Below are positions 52,537 to 62,384 of a stretch of 64,000 nucleotides of DNA, piece after piece. Positions within the stretch are counted from its first letter, which is position 1. Every line of letters starts with the position of its first letter. Origin of the DNA: Synechococcus sp. (GTDB taxonomy: Bacteria > Cyanobacteriota > Cyanobacteriia > PCC-6307 > Cyanobiaceae); assembly GCA_047285305.1 (NCBI GenBank), contig JBJBDL010000003.1, positions 768,001 to 832,000 of the forward strand, in the 5' to 3' direction. Both the position numbers and the translations under genes were made by a program. The notes beneath the pieces were generated by a model. The model was not told the origin of the DNA. It was given only the letters and a program-made list of their open reading frames with translations, and made no database searches.

Positions 52537-53475
52537 ATGAACGCCTCTCTCTCTCCAAAATTCAGATTCGGTGCCGAGTCAAAAGCGGCCGATATCAGTT
52601 TTTCATCGCTGCAGTCGACCGTCGGGGAGAGCAAGGCTGCGCTGACGAATGCTGACTACTTAAGGCAATCATGCGCTCAGATGCAAATACCTGTTGGACC
52701 TCGAGATCATTCTGAATGTCCGCATCGAGTGACCTTTGATTGTTTTGTGCCATCTGATAGTGAGGCTTTGCATCAGGGGATTGAGGCTGCATACCGACAG
52801 GTTTTGGGTAATGCACATGTCATGGACCATGAACGCTGCGGCGTGCTTGAAGCCCAATTCGCTGATGGACGGCTTTGTGCTCGTGAATTCGTTAGGGGTC
52901 TCGCTAAAAGCGAACTCTATAAGTCTCGTTATTTCTACAAAGTCTCTGCATATCGCGGGATTGAGCTGAATTTCAAGCATTTACTTGGACGCCCACCCCA
53001 TGATCAGCAAGAAGTTGCAAATGCAGCTGCAATTCAATCAGCACAAGGTTTCGATGCACTGGTTGATGCAATAATTGATTCTGCGGAATATACAGAAGTT
53101 TTTGGTGATCATGGGGTTCCGTACGTCCGCTCATTCACCTCGGCAAGCGGAATGTCAATGCTTAGCTTTGTCCGAATCGCTGCTCTTGAGAAAAATTTTG
53201 CCAGCAGCGATCGATCAAAAGGGAATGACAGCTCGATCCGCAGCAGCCTCGCCGGTGGAGTAAGCATTGCCATTGATGTAGCCCCAGCGCCTGAATACCT
53301 AGCTGTGTCTTCTGCATGGGTTGGAAATAAGCCGCCCGCTGATTATGAAAAGCTTTGGAGAGGCTTGGCTCTTGTTGGTGCAGCTCACCTCGCTGGAATG
53401 TTGGTGAATGTGGCGTCTCAAATGCTTGGGATCCATGCACTGGACCGTTTACCTGCCATTTTCCTCGGCCTCTGA
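52537..53475 (+). CDS. Phycoerythrin-type phycobilisome linker with hydrophobic C-terminal tail (MpeF/MpeG-like)
   Basis: AAYRQVLGN, EFVRGLAKSELY, ELNFKHLLGRPP, EVFGDHGVPY; tail LWRGLALVGAAHLAGMLVNV. Confidence 0.85.
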   Translation: MNASLSPKFRFGAESKAADISFSSLQSTVGESKAALTNADYLRQSCAQMQIPVGPRDHSECPHRVTFDCFVPSDSEALHQGIEAAYRQVLGNAHVMDHERCGVLEAQFADGRLCAREFVRGLAKSELYKSRYFYKVSAYRGIELNFKHLLGRPPHDQQEVANAAAIQSAQGFDALVDAIIDSAEYTEVFGDHGVPYVRSFTSASGMSMLSFVRIAALEKNFASSDRSKGNDSSIRSSLAGGVSIAIDVAPAPEYLAVSSAWVGNKPPADYEKLWRGLALVGAAHLAGMLVNVASQMLGIHALDRLPAIFLGL

Positions 53476-53486
53476 TCCTGTTTTTA

Positions 53487-53536
53487 CAGCGAATAATAGG
53501 TGCAAGCCACTCTTGGCTTGCACCTATTATTCGCTG
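53487..53536. repeat. Perfect 23-bp inverted repeat with 4-nt loop
   Basis: CAGCGAATAATAGGTGCAAGCCA-CTCT-TGGCTTGCACCTATTATTCGCTG. Confidence 0.95.
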
Positions 53537-53787
53537 GTCAATATCACCAATATGGCCTAACTCGTCTTGCAAGATATCTTTCTATTTATCTTTCTTTTTA
53601 GTGATCAAACGCTGATGTGGGTATGCAGATGATTGGCATTAGACAGGCCCTACAGGTGGGCTCACACTGCCTGCTAAGCAGATCGACGATGCGTTGAGTT
53701 TTTTTAGATCGGTATGTCAACTTATATGTATCTTGGGTGACAAGCATCTACCCACAATCAAACTGACCGAAATTAAATTTTAAAGCA

Positions 53788-54012
53788 ATGACCTATCACA
53801 CCTTTATGCTTTTGCAGGGAGAGAAGGTGCAGATGGAAGTAGACCCTAGTGCAATTAATACTGTTGCGGTTTCCTTGGAAGATGGATCGACGATTTATGC
53901 CGTTGCAGGCGCATCTGAGGAGAAGAAATTAGTTTCAATGCAGAGGCGTATCGAGGAAGACAAAGCAATTGTTTTATTGATGCAGGTCAGGGATGAAATA
54001 GCTGCTGCGTAA
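53788..54012 (+). CDS. Small hypothetical protein
   Basis: 74 aa ATG ORF after an AT-rich promoter-like region. Confidence 0.55.
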   Translation: MTYHTFMLLQGEKVQMEVDPSAINTVAVSLEDGSTIYAVAGASEEKKLVSMQRRIEEDKAIVLLMQVRDEIAAA

Positions 54013-54063
54013 TTCTTCGGCGTGCGGATTCATGAAATGCACTCGTCATCTCATATTGAGCCA

Positions 54064-54270
54064 ATGGCTAAGGGCTATTGGAACGTTTGTGGCGAACTTG
54101 CCAACCCTGAAGGGATGGATCCTTACATCCACGCTGTTAATCCCTATCTGGCCAAATACGGAGTGCGCTTTCTCTGCAGAGACCTCAAGATGGATGTCCG
54201 CGAAGGCAATGCCGGCCATTTGACCGTGACTATCGAGTTCCAATCATTGGCTGCAGCGAAAGCTGCCTAA
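54064..54270 (+). pseudogene. 3'-truncated DUF1330-like gene
   Basis: MAKGYW...EG...TVTIEFQSLAAAKAA then stop where this family usually continues YxSPEYQ. Confidence 0.7.
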
Positions 54271-54271
54271 T

Positions 54272-54413
54272 AGGCGCCCGAAAAGGCTGGTGGTGAAGGG
54301 TGGCTGTAATTCCGAGCAGCAGCAAAAGCTCTGTCACTTCAAGCCCGATACGGCGACGTTACACGCTCAGTGGGTAGCCATCAGGACCTACAGCAACATT
54401 CCGCCCCGCCCGC
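54272..54413 (+). pseudogene. DUF1651-like 5' half fragment, frameshifted
   Basis: Close match to 47979-48119 with one extra base (CTGTAATTCC versus CTGTATTCC). Confidence 0.85.
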
Positions 54414-55087
54414 ATGTGCGTTAGAGCCTGTCCTCAAGCTCTTCGAACTTCATTGCGCTGTTGAGCATTACCTGTATGGACTCGGCCAAGGTTCGGCAGC
54501 CTTGGTGAAATCCCTAGCCGCCCTTGCAGTATCTGACCCTTTCCGGAGACAACGGAGGGTCCCAACCAGTCCTGGGGGTCAACACGCAGATCGCTGAAGG
54601 GATGGTCTGGAGCAGCAGGCAAAACGCGATGACCAGCAACGCGAAGCCTGTGCCGGGGGCGTGGATGTTGGCTTGGAACCAGGGTTTATGAGCCATGCCA
54701 TCAGTGTGCCGCTGACATGGAACCGCGTCCTGCCAGATGCGCTCCAGAAGGAGACGCATCCTGATGGTGACATCGGTTGGGCGACAGAGGATCAGCTGAG
54801 GTTGGCTTCTGGCTGAAAGCTCGGTTTATTGGGGTAACAGCTGATGCAACGTGGTCCGCATCCTTAAAGACCAATGGTTCGCTTTGGCGTTGGGAGCCAC
54901 TGCGCTCATCGCATTGTTCTGGCTTGAGTTGCTGGCCTACTGACAAGGGTTCTTGAAACCAGATTTTGTCCTCACTCTGCATGGTCAACAGAACTCTTGG
55001 CGGATGGTGAGGATCCCGAACGTTATTTCTGACCCACCTTGCGTCTGAATGTTTATGAGCAGGATCCGTACCGTTAGTTTTTGATGT

Positions 55088-55222
55088 TTAGAGCAAGTTT
55101 GGGTACGCATTAAGGAGTCCCCAGATCACCAGTGCGGTGATCGAGGCAAAGATCACGGCTGTCCATGCAGCCAGATCGGCGTTGTTGCTGGACCCTTGCA
55201 AAAGCTGAAAAAGGCGTGCCAT
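55088..55222 (-). CDS. Small membrane protein (44 aa, not in the ORF track)
   Basis: MARLFQLLQGSSNNADLAAWTAVIFASITALVIWGLLNAYPNLL. Confidence 0.5.
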   Translation of the reverse strand: MARLFQLLQGSSNNADLAAWTAVIFASITALVIWGLLNAYPNLL

Positions 55223-55341
55223 CAGAAAAAACGCAAGCTCTTCGGTTCTGGCTCAGCTGGAGGGCAAATTCCAGTCTTATTTGCGAGCCCTCATACGTTC
55301 AGGGGGGTCACGACAGATCCGAACTCAGTGCTCCAGTTTTT

Positions 55342-55557
55342 TTAGTGATATTCCCCGGGGTGCTGAATCTTGGTGACGCTCACGCCGGAGGAACTCTTGC
55401 CGGAGAACCGCAGCAGTTCATCGCCGGAGACTTCATAACCCAGTCCCTGGGCAATCAGGGCCGCAGCATCGGCGCTCACGGCCTGCAGCACTTGCTCCCT
55501 GAGCGAAGGATCTCTGGAGATGTGACCAAAAAATTGCCGGAGTTGGTCCGTGCTCAT
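55342..55557 (-). CDS. Nif11-like leader peptide family protein
   Basis: MSTDQLRQFFGHISRDPSLREQV...IAQGLGYEVSGDELL. Confidence 0.8.
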   Translation of the reverse strand: MSTDQLRQFFGHISRDPSLREQVLQAVSADAAALIAQGLGYEVSGDELLRFSGKSSSGVSVTKIQHPGEYH

Positions 55558-55640
55558 GCCGCTGAGGATGTCCTGCCGATTCTGCCCGGTCTGGTCTTTC
55601 CTCTTGCCTGTTGACTGGTGAGCAGATTAGGTCCAATGGG

Positions 55641-56357
55641 ATGACGCAATTAGCGGTGTCAGGCGCCTCTGGCAAAACCGGACGGCGCGTGGTGGAGGAG
55701 GCGCTCAAGCGTGGTCAATCGGTTCGAGCCATTGTTCGGCCGGCTTCCGTGCTGCCCCCCGCCCTGGCCCGGGCCGAGCAGGAGGGGCGCCTCGAGGTGC
55801 GTCGCTTGGAGCTGGACACGGCGGAAGCTTTGCTCCATGCGTTGCAGGGCTGCACGGCCTTGGTGATTGCCACCGGTGCTCGCCCTTCAATCAACCTGGC
55901 CGGTCCCTTGCAGGTGGATGCCTGGGGAGTGCAGGCGCAGGTGCAGGCCTGCTGCTCTTTGGGGCTGAAACGCGTGGTGCTGGTTAGCTCCCTTTGCTCT
56001 GGCCGTTGGCTGCATCCCCTTAATTTGTTTGGCTTGATCCTGGTTTGGAAGCGGCTCGGTGAGTGCTGCCTGGAGCGGAGCGGTTTGGATTGGACGGTGA
56101 TCCGGCCTGGAGGGCTAAGTGAAGACGACAGTCGCAGCGCCACGGAGGGATTGCTGGTGACCGACGCCGATCAACAGCAAAGCAACAGCATTCCACGCCG
56201 TCTTGTGGCACAGGTCTGCCTGGATGCTCTGGAGCAGCCTGAGGCCTGTGGTCGCATCCTGGAAATCACCAGCTCCCCAGCCCAGCCCCAGCAGACGCTG
56301 AGCCAGTGCCTGGATCAGATTTCCAGCCGCTCCCAGATCACGCCCAGATTCTCCTGA
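55641..56357 (+). CDS. NAD(P)-binding atypical SDR oxidoreductase
   Basis: VSGASGKTG, VVLVSSL, DWTVIRPGGL, IPRRLVA. Confidence 0.88.
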   Translation: MTQLAVSGASGKTGRRVVEEALKRGQSVRAIVRPASVLPPALARAEQEGRLEVRRLELDTAEALLHALQGCTALVIATGARPSINLAGPLQVDAWGVQAQVQACCSLGLKRVVLVSSLCSGRWLHPLNLFGLILVWKRLGECCLERSGLDWTVIRPGGLSEDDSRSATEGLLVTDADQQQSNSIPRRLVAQVCLDALEQPEACGRILEITSSPAQPQQTLSQCLDQISSRSQITPRFS

Positions 56358-57610
56358 TGCAATGCGGTGCTGAAGCAGTCCTCCAGCTCTGCCGCGGAGA
56401 GGCGGCTGGTGACATCATCATCCGCTTCGAGGTTGGCGCGGAAGTCGCCGCCGGGGTTGTTCCAGGCGGTGTGGGCATTGCGTTGGACGACCCGGTATGC
56501 CTCCTCTCGGCTCATGCCAGTACCCACGAGAGCAAGAAGCACCCGCTGGCTGAATACCACGCCGCCATACACATTCATGTTGCGGCGCATGTTCTCGGGG
56601 TAGATGCCAAGACCCTTAACCACGCTGGTCATCTCCCGCAGCATGAAGTGCAAGGTCACTGAGCAATCGGGAAGCATCATTCGTTCCGTGGAGCTGTGGC
56701 TGATGTCTCGCTCATGCCAGAGGGCCACATTCTCAAGGGCAGCAATGGTGTAGCTGCGCAGCACCCGGGCCAGACCGCTGATCCGCTCGCTGCGGATCGG
56801 GTTGCGTTTGTGGGGCATGGCGGAGCTGCCTTTCTGGCCCTTGGCGAAGTTCTCCTCCACTTCCAGCACGTCGGTGCGTTGGAGGTTGCGAATCTCGGTG
56901 GAGAAGCGCTCCAGGGAGGCTCCCACCAGGGCGAGGGTCTGCACGTAGTCGGCATGGCGATCGCGGGAGATCACCTGGGTGCTGGCGGTGTCGGGAGTGA
57001 GCCCGAGGATCTCGCAGGCGATCGCTTCCACCTGGGGATCGGTGTTGGCATAGGTGCCCATAGCGCCGCTTACCTGGCCCACGGCCACATCCTGCTCAAG
57101 CCTTTCCAGCCGGATGCGGTTGCGCTCGGTTTCCGCCAGCCAGCCGGCCACCTTGAACCCGAAGGTGATCGGTTCGCCGTGGATGGCATGGGAGCGGCCG
57201 ATCATTTCGGTGCCCTTGTGGGCCCGGGCCAGTTCGCGCAGGGCGTCTGCCAGTGCATCGAGCTCGGTGCGCAGCAGGGCTACGGAGCGTTTCAGCTGTA
57301 GGGCCACGCCCGTGTCCAGCACGTCGCTGCTGGTCATGCCCACATGGATGTGACGTCCGGCATCACCAACGTGCTCATTCACGTTGGTGAGGAAGGCGAT
57401 CACGTCGTGGCGCACTTCGGCTTCAATCTCGAGGATGCGCTCCACCTCGAAGCTGGCTTTGGCTTTGATGGTGTCGAGGGCATCCTGGGGTACCCGGCCG
57501 AGGCGGCAGTTGGCTTCGGTGGCGGCGATCTCTACATCCAGCCAGCTCTGGAACTTGGCCTGTTCGCTCCAGATGGCTCCCATCTCGGGGAGGGTGTAAC
57601 GCTCAATCAC
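56315..57610 (-). CDS. purB: Adenylosuccinate lyase
   Basis: MIERY, RHDVIAF, GRSHAIH, GSSAMPHKRNP. Confidence 0.98.
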   Translation of the reverse strand: MIERYTLPEMGAIWSEQAKFQSWLDVEIAATEANCRLGRVPQDALDTIKAKASFEVERILEIEAEVRHDVIAFLTNVNEHVGDAGRHIHVGMTSSDVLDTGVALQLKRSVALLRTELDALADALRELARAHKGTEMIGRSHAIHGEPITFGFKVAGWLAETERNRIRLERLEQDVAVGQVSGAMGTYANTDPQVEAIACEILGLTPDTASTQVISRDRHADYVQTLALVGASLERFSTEIRNLQRTDVLEVEENFAKGQKGSSAMPHKRNPIRSERISGLARVLRSYTIAALENVALWHERDISHSSTERMMLPDCSVTLHFMLREMTSVVKGLGIYPENMRRNMNVYGGVVFSQRVLLALVGTGMSREEAYRVVQRNAHTAWNNPGGDFRANLEADDDVTSRLSAAELEDCFSTALHQENLGVIWERLEI

Positions 57611-57835
57611 CGGCTCGCTCGGTTGGACAACCCAACAAATCTATGGGGCCGTCATCCTCGCGAGTTGCTCTCAGCGCTGGGCCTCAACAAGTCGCGGTGC
57701 TCTCGGGATTGGACTTGTCTTGGAACCCGCCCTTGGATGTTCAGCGTTTAGCTCTCAAAAATGCTCCAAAGCATTAATTGCCCCGGAACCGATAGGGACC
57801 GGGGCAATCCTGAGTAGTGAACTGGCGTTGCGAGC

Positions 57836-58195
<360 letters not shown>

Positions 58196-58225
58196 TTAAG
58201 GATGCCGCGGTTCTCAGAGCCGTGC

Positions 58226-58239
58226 GTGGCCGCTGTTAC
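58226..58239 (-). promoter_or_regulatory. Putative NtcA box upstream of glnB
   Basis: Minus strand GTA-ACAGCGGC-CAC, one mismatch to GTA-N8-TAC, with a -10-like CATCCT about 21 nt downstream. Confidence 0.5.
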
Positions 58240-58299
58240 AGAACGCTGCCGAAGCTTGACTTCCTAGGGTCGCTGATCAGAAAAGCCCCCCACAGCCCT

Positions 58300-58689
58300 T
58301 TGACCCAGACCCCTCTCTACGGCGAACGCGCCATCGCCGAAGCCGAGCTGATCTGCTTCGACAACCCCCGGCCTGGGCGCCCCTACGAGGTGTCGATCGA
58401 GCTGCCGGAATTCACCTGCAAATGCCCCTTCTCCGGCTATCCCGATTTCGCGGTGCTGCGCCTGATCTATCAACCCGGGCCGCGGGTGGTGGAGCTGAAG
58501 GCGATCAAACTGTATGTGAACAGCTACCGCGACCAGTCGATCTCCCATGAGGAGGTCTCCAACCGCATCCTTGATGATCTGGTGGCGGCCACCGATCCGG
58601 TGTGGATGCAGCTGGAAGCCGATTTCAACCCCCGCGGCAATGTGCACACCGTGGTGCGGGTGAGTCACGGCACCCGTCAGCCCTGCTGA
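58300..58689 (+). CDS. queF: PreQ0 reductase (preQ1 synthase)
   Basis: [33 protein letters not shown]. Confidence 0.95.
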   Translation: MTQTPLYGERAIAEAELICFDNPRPGRPYEVSIELPEFTCKCPFSGYPDFAVLRLIYQPGPRVVELKAIKLYVNSYRDQSISHEEVSNRILDDLVAATDPVWMQLEADFNPRGNVHTVVRVSHGTRQPC

Positions 58690-59969
58690 TCGATCACCAC
58701 CTGCTGCACCAACTGAGGCAATTCAGTGGCGAACGCGGCGAGGTTGCGATTGCAGAGGCCACCCACGCTGAGGGTTCCATCGGCTGCGATGGCCCACAGC
58801 TGCCGGGTGGCCACGAGGCTCAACCCACCGCCCACCAGCAGCACTGCGAAGCCCAGGTACACCAGCGGTACTCCAGGATCCCGTTTGAGCAGCAGTCCGC
58901 TGGCCGGCAGCACCGCATCCACTCGCATCGGCAAGCCCTTCACCTCAGCGGCGGGACCACCTGGTCGCAGTCGGGCGAGCTGCTGGCCGTCGGCATCGAA
59001 CACTGTGGCGGGTCCCTGTTCGCTCTCCAGGCTCAGAAACACCGGTTCGGTTCCATCGGGGCGTGTCGGCAGCACCAGGCCCCAGATTTGATCGCCCAGC
59101 TCCGGATAGGTCTGTAGCGGCAGCTCCAGCACGGGGCTGCGCCCGATCTGCAAGCTGATCGTCGCCAGTGACCAATCGGCCTGATAGATGGTGATGCCCC
59201 TGTGCCGAAGTGGGTGATTGACGCTGATCTCGGCATCCAAGCTTTGGTTGGGTCCCTGCAGCTGCAGAGCGGAGCGAAATTGTTCCGTGCGGCCCGCCGG
59301 GTCCCTATCAATGGCGAACCGGTTCAGGGTGATCGTCAGCTGACTGGTGCCATCGCGATCCAGCAGATCGAGGCTGCGGCCGGGGGCCAGGAAACGCTCC
59401 AAGCGGTTCCCCGACAGCGCCCCCCAGGCTGCGCCAAGCATCAGCAGCACCAGGCCCGTGTGCACCAATAGGGGCCCCACCCTGCCGATGGCGCCACGTC
59501 GGGCCGCCAGCCGTTGTGGCTTGCGTTGCACTTCCCATCCGCCGGCCCGCAGCACCGTCTCCAGCTGCGTCAGAGCACGGCTGGGGTCAGCGCAGGGCTG
59601 GCTTTCGGCGATGGCCAATTTGCTCAGCTGGCGTGTGGTGCGGTAGTCGATCCAGCGCCGGGCCGCCATCAGTGCTGGCCACTGACGGCGCCAGCTGCAG
59701 AGGATCAGGGCGAGACCAAGCCAGGCCAGCAGGGCCAGAAACCAGCCGCTGGAATACACATGATCGAGCTGCAACTGCAGCACCTGTTCGCCGTTAAGCA
59801 GCCCCAGCCAGGGGGTGTCGGCATAGGCATCGATGTAGCTGGAGGGTGGATCCCCCTGGGGGATGCCGGTGCCCACGGCACTTGCCAGGGCAATCAGCAG
59901 CAGCAGCACTATGGCCAGCCGCAGATCGCTGAGCCAGGTGGCCAGGCGTTTGAGTAGTGCCATTTCCAT
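58677..59969 (-). CDS. ccs1: Cytochrome c biogenesis protein Ccs1/ResB
   Basis: [46 protein letters not shown]. Confidence 0.92.
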   Translation of the reverse strand: MEMALLKRLATWLSDLRLAIVLLLLIALASAVGTGIPQGDPPSSYIDAYADTPWLGLLNGEQVLQLQLDHVYSSGWFLALLAWLGLALILCSWRRQWPALMAARRWIDYRTTRQLSKLAIAESQPCADPSRALTQLETVLRAGGWEVQRKPQRLAARRGAIGRVGPLLVHTGLVLLMLGAAWGALSGNRLERFLAPGRSLDLLDRDGTSQLTITLNRFAIDRDPAGRTEQFRSALQLQGPNQSLDAEISVNHPLRHRGITIYQADWSLATISLQIGRSPVLELPLQTYPELGDQIWGLVLPTRPDGTEPVFLSLESEQGPATVFDADGQQLARLRPGGPAAEVKGLPMRVDAVLPASGLLLKRDPGVPLVYLGFAVLLVGGGLSLVATRQLWAIAADGTLSVGGLCNRNLAAFATELPQLVQQVVIDQQG

Positions 59970-60685
59970 CAGCTCCAGCGGGCCAGCAGGGTGAGCAGAC
60001 CGCTGGTGAGCAGCACCACTCCACTGGCTGGCGGCACCCAGCGGCTGATGCCCCGCAGGGCGAGCAGTTTGGGAATGGCTGCTGCAAAGGTGCCCGCCAG
60101 CAGCAGGGGCAGCACCTGGCCGATGCCGAAGCTGCTGAGCAGGGCCACCCCTGCCAGGGGACGTCCGCTCTGGGCAATCCAGCCCAGCAGCACCGCCAAC
60201 ACGGGGGTGGTGCAGGGTGAGGCCGCCAGCCCGAAGGCCAGTCCGGCTGCAACCGGCGCCAGCGGGGCCGGCACCTTCTGTCGCCATTGCTCCGGGTCTG
60301 GACCGCTGGGCAGTGGAATCCGCAGCACTCCCAGCAGGTTGAGCCCCATCGCTACCGCCAGGATCGCCACCAATGTGGGGATCAGTGCCGGCACCTGGCC
60401 GTAGATCCGGCCCAGCAGTCCGCTGATGCTTCCTAGCACCACCAGGGCGCCGACGATGCCGCTGCAGAAGGCGAGGCTGCGCTGCCAGGCCGGTTGGCCA
60501 TCGTCAAAGCCCGCCAGGTAGGCCAGCGTCACCGGCAGCAAGGACAGGGAACACGGCCCAAGACTGGTGAGGGCGCCGCCACCAAACACCAGTACCAGCG
60601 TCAGTGGACCTGGATCGGCCAGGGCGTGCTGCAGCAGCTGTTCGCTGCTCTGGGCCAAATCGGAGAGCAGCAGCAGCAGGTCCAC
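59969..60685 (-). CDS. ccdA: Cytochrome c biogenesis protein CcdA
   Basis: [21 protein letters not shown]. Confidence 0.93.
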   Translation of the reverse strand: MDLLLLLSDLAQSSEQLLQHALADPGPLTLVLVFGGGALTSLGPCSLSLLPVTLAYLAGFDDGQPAWQRSLAFCSGIVGALVVLGSISGLLGRIYGQVPALIPTLVAILAVAMGLNLLGVLRIPLPSGPDPEQWRQKVPAPLAPVAAGLAFGLAASPCTTPVLAVLLGWIAQSGRPLAGVALLSSFGIGQVLPLLLAGTFAAAIPKLLALRGISRWVPPASGVVLLTSGLLTLLARWS

Positions 60686-60739
60686 AGGTGCCCTTGAGTG
60701 TGCAAAGCCTATCCAGGAAAGCCGCTCACCAGACCAGGC

Positions 60740-61978
60740 TCAGCGCTGACGCAACGACCGTTGGCGCCCGTTGGATCGCCCCCCGATCAAGCCAGTGGAT
60801 TCCAGTGAGCAGCGGATCAGCAGGCCCAGGATCACCAGGCTCGACATCAGCGAGTTGCCGCCGTAGCTGATCAAGGGCAGTGGCAGACCGGTGGTGGGCA
60901 TCGCCCCAGAAGCCACTGCGATATTCAGGATCGACTGTCCCACCAGGATCGTGGTGCAGCCGATGGCCACGAGCCTGGCTTGGTTACTTCGGCAGCGCAG
61001 GGCCACCCGCAGCCCCATCCAGGCCACCAGCATCAGGAACAGCAACAGCAGCACTGAACCCACGAATCCAAATTCCTCGGCGAACACCGCGTAGATGAAG
61101 TCGGTGCTCTGGATGGGCAGGTATTGGAGCTTCTGGGTGGAGAGGCCATAGCCCTGCCCCATCCAACCGCCCGATCCGATCGCCAGCAGGCTCTGCACAA
61201 GCTGATAGCCATCTCCCATCGGATCGTTCCAGGGATCAATGAAGGAAACAACCCTGAGCCATTGGTATTCGTTTTTCGAAATGCTCCAGCTGGCGAGAGC
61301 GATGCCGCCCAATGCTGTCCCAAGCAGACTTCGCCAGCGCAGCCCAGCCGCCAGGGCCACCATCCAGAGGGTAAGTCCCATCAGGGCCGCTGTGGAGAGG
61401 TTGGGTTGCTTGAGGATCAGCAGCAGCATCCCGCCGAAGCTCCCCAGCCAGAGAAGCTTCTGGTCGAGGCTCATGCGGCTCCAGGGGGCGAACAGGTTGG
61501 CGGCCTGCAGCACCACGAAGGGTTTCACCAGCTCCGAGGGCTGCATCTGCAGCGGGCCCAGCACCAGCCAGCGGCTGGCACCGTTCACCGTTGTGCCCAT
61601 CACAAGGGTGGCGGCGATCAGCAGGCAGCCCATCCACAGCCCTGGGCCTGACCAGCGCAGCCATCGCCGCAGGTTGGTGGAGATCGTGATGCCCAGCAAG
61701 CTCCAGCTGGCCAAGAGCCAGATCGCCTGCCGTTTCAGATAGAAACCGCCATCGCCCATTTCCCGTAGGGCCACCCACCAACTGGCGGACGCCAATACCA
61801 CCAGCCCTGCCACACTCCAGAATCCCGCCAGCCCCATCAGCAGTCGAGCTTCTGCCGGCCAGAGCTGCCACGGCAAGGGCAGCAGCCGCTGAACCAGAGC
61901 CGACTTTTGAGTCTCTTGCTTACCCCGTCGTCTCGAAGCTCGTTGGAGGGCTGTCGCGTGACCCAAGCGTTTGCTCAA
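60740..61978 (-). CDS. ftsW: SEDS family cell-division protein FtsW
   Basis: NGASRW, QPSELVK, QPNLST, TDFIYAVFAEE, TGLPLPLISYGG. Confidence 0.92.
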   Translation of the reverse strand: MSKRLGHATALQRASRRRGKQETQKSALVQRLLPLPWQLWPAEARLLMGLAGFWSVAGLVVLASASWWVALREMGDGGFYLKRQAIWLLASWSLLGITISTNLRRWLRWSGPGLWMGCLLIAATLVMGTTVNGASRWLVLGPLQMQPSELVKPFVVLQAANLFAPWSRMSLDQKLLWLGSFGGMLLLILKQPNLSTAALMGLTLWMVALAAGLRWRSLLGTALGGIALASWSISKNEYQWLRVVSFIDPWNDPMGDGYQLVQSLLAIGSGGWMGQGYGLSTQKLQYLPIQSTDFIYAVFAEEFGFVGSVLLLLFLMLVAWMGLRVALRCRSNQARLVAIGCTTILVGQSILNIAVASGAMPTTGLPLPLISYGGNSLMSSLVILGLLIRCSLESTGLIGGRSNGRQRSLRQR

Positions 61979-62087
61979 ACAGCATCAATGCTCCATTGAG
62001 CCGTGAAATGGTTGCTTTGCCAAGGCACTGATTGAACAGAATTATTGGCTGGGAGTCTTTGCGGGACTTGGTGAGCAGCGGTTTCGC

Positions 62088-62288
62088 TTATGCAACGTTC
62101 AACCGCTCATGCTCGACTTCCCATTGCACGTGGGATCCCCAGGATTGCTGGCGCACCCAGCAGCGTCCGCCGCGGCAGTGAAGCACCTGGAAGGGCGGCA
62201 GATCGCAGGGCTGGTTGTCGAGCCGCACAAAGCTGCCCGGCTGCAACAGCGGCACCACCTTTGCGGGTTGGGGGTGGTGGTTGGACAC
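62088..62288 (-). CDS. Small conserved hypothetical protein
   Basis: QPCDLPPFQVLHCRGGRCWVRQQSWG. Confidence 0.65.
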   Translation of the reverse strand: MSNHHPQPAKVVPLLQPGSFVRLDNQPCDLPPFQVLHCRGGRCWVRQQSWGSHVQWEVEHERLNVA

Positions 62289-62384
62289 GTCCCTCGACGC
62301 GAATTGAGGAAATCCTCCAGGCAGAAGACGTTCCAGCCGCTGGATCGCCGGTTTTCTTCGGGATCGGTCTGCTTTTATGTCGCA

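Larger units (their letters stand above)
40666..55560. mobile_element. tmRNA-associated genomic island of tandem, partly decayed integrative elements (tycheposon-like)
   Basis: Integrase directly after ssrA, a second integrase copy, duplicated genes, AT-rich cargo, gene fragments. Right boundary approximate; no att duplicate recognised. Confidence 0.85.

Noticed and set aside
55305..55340. CTCAGTGCTCCA as a possible attR copy of the tmRNA acceptor end (CTCAGCTCCA)
   Set aside because: Match is short and gapped and lacks the T-arm; compatible with chance.
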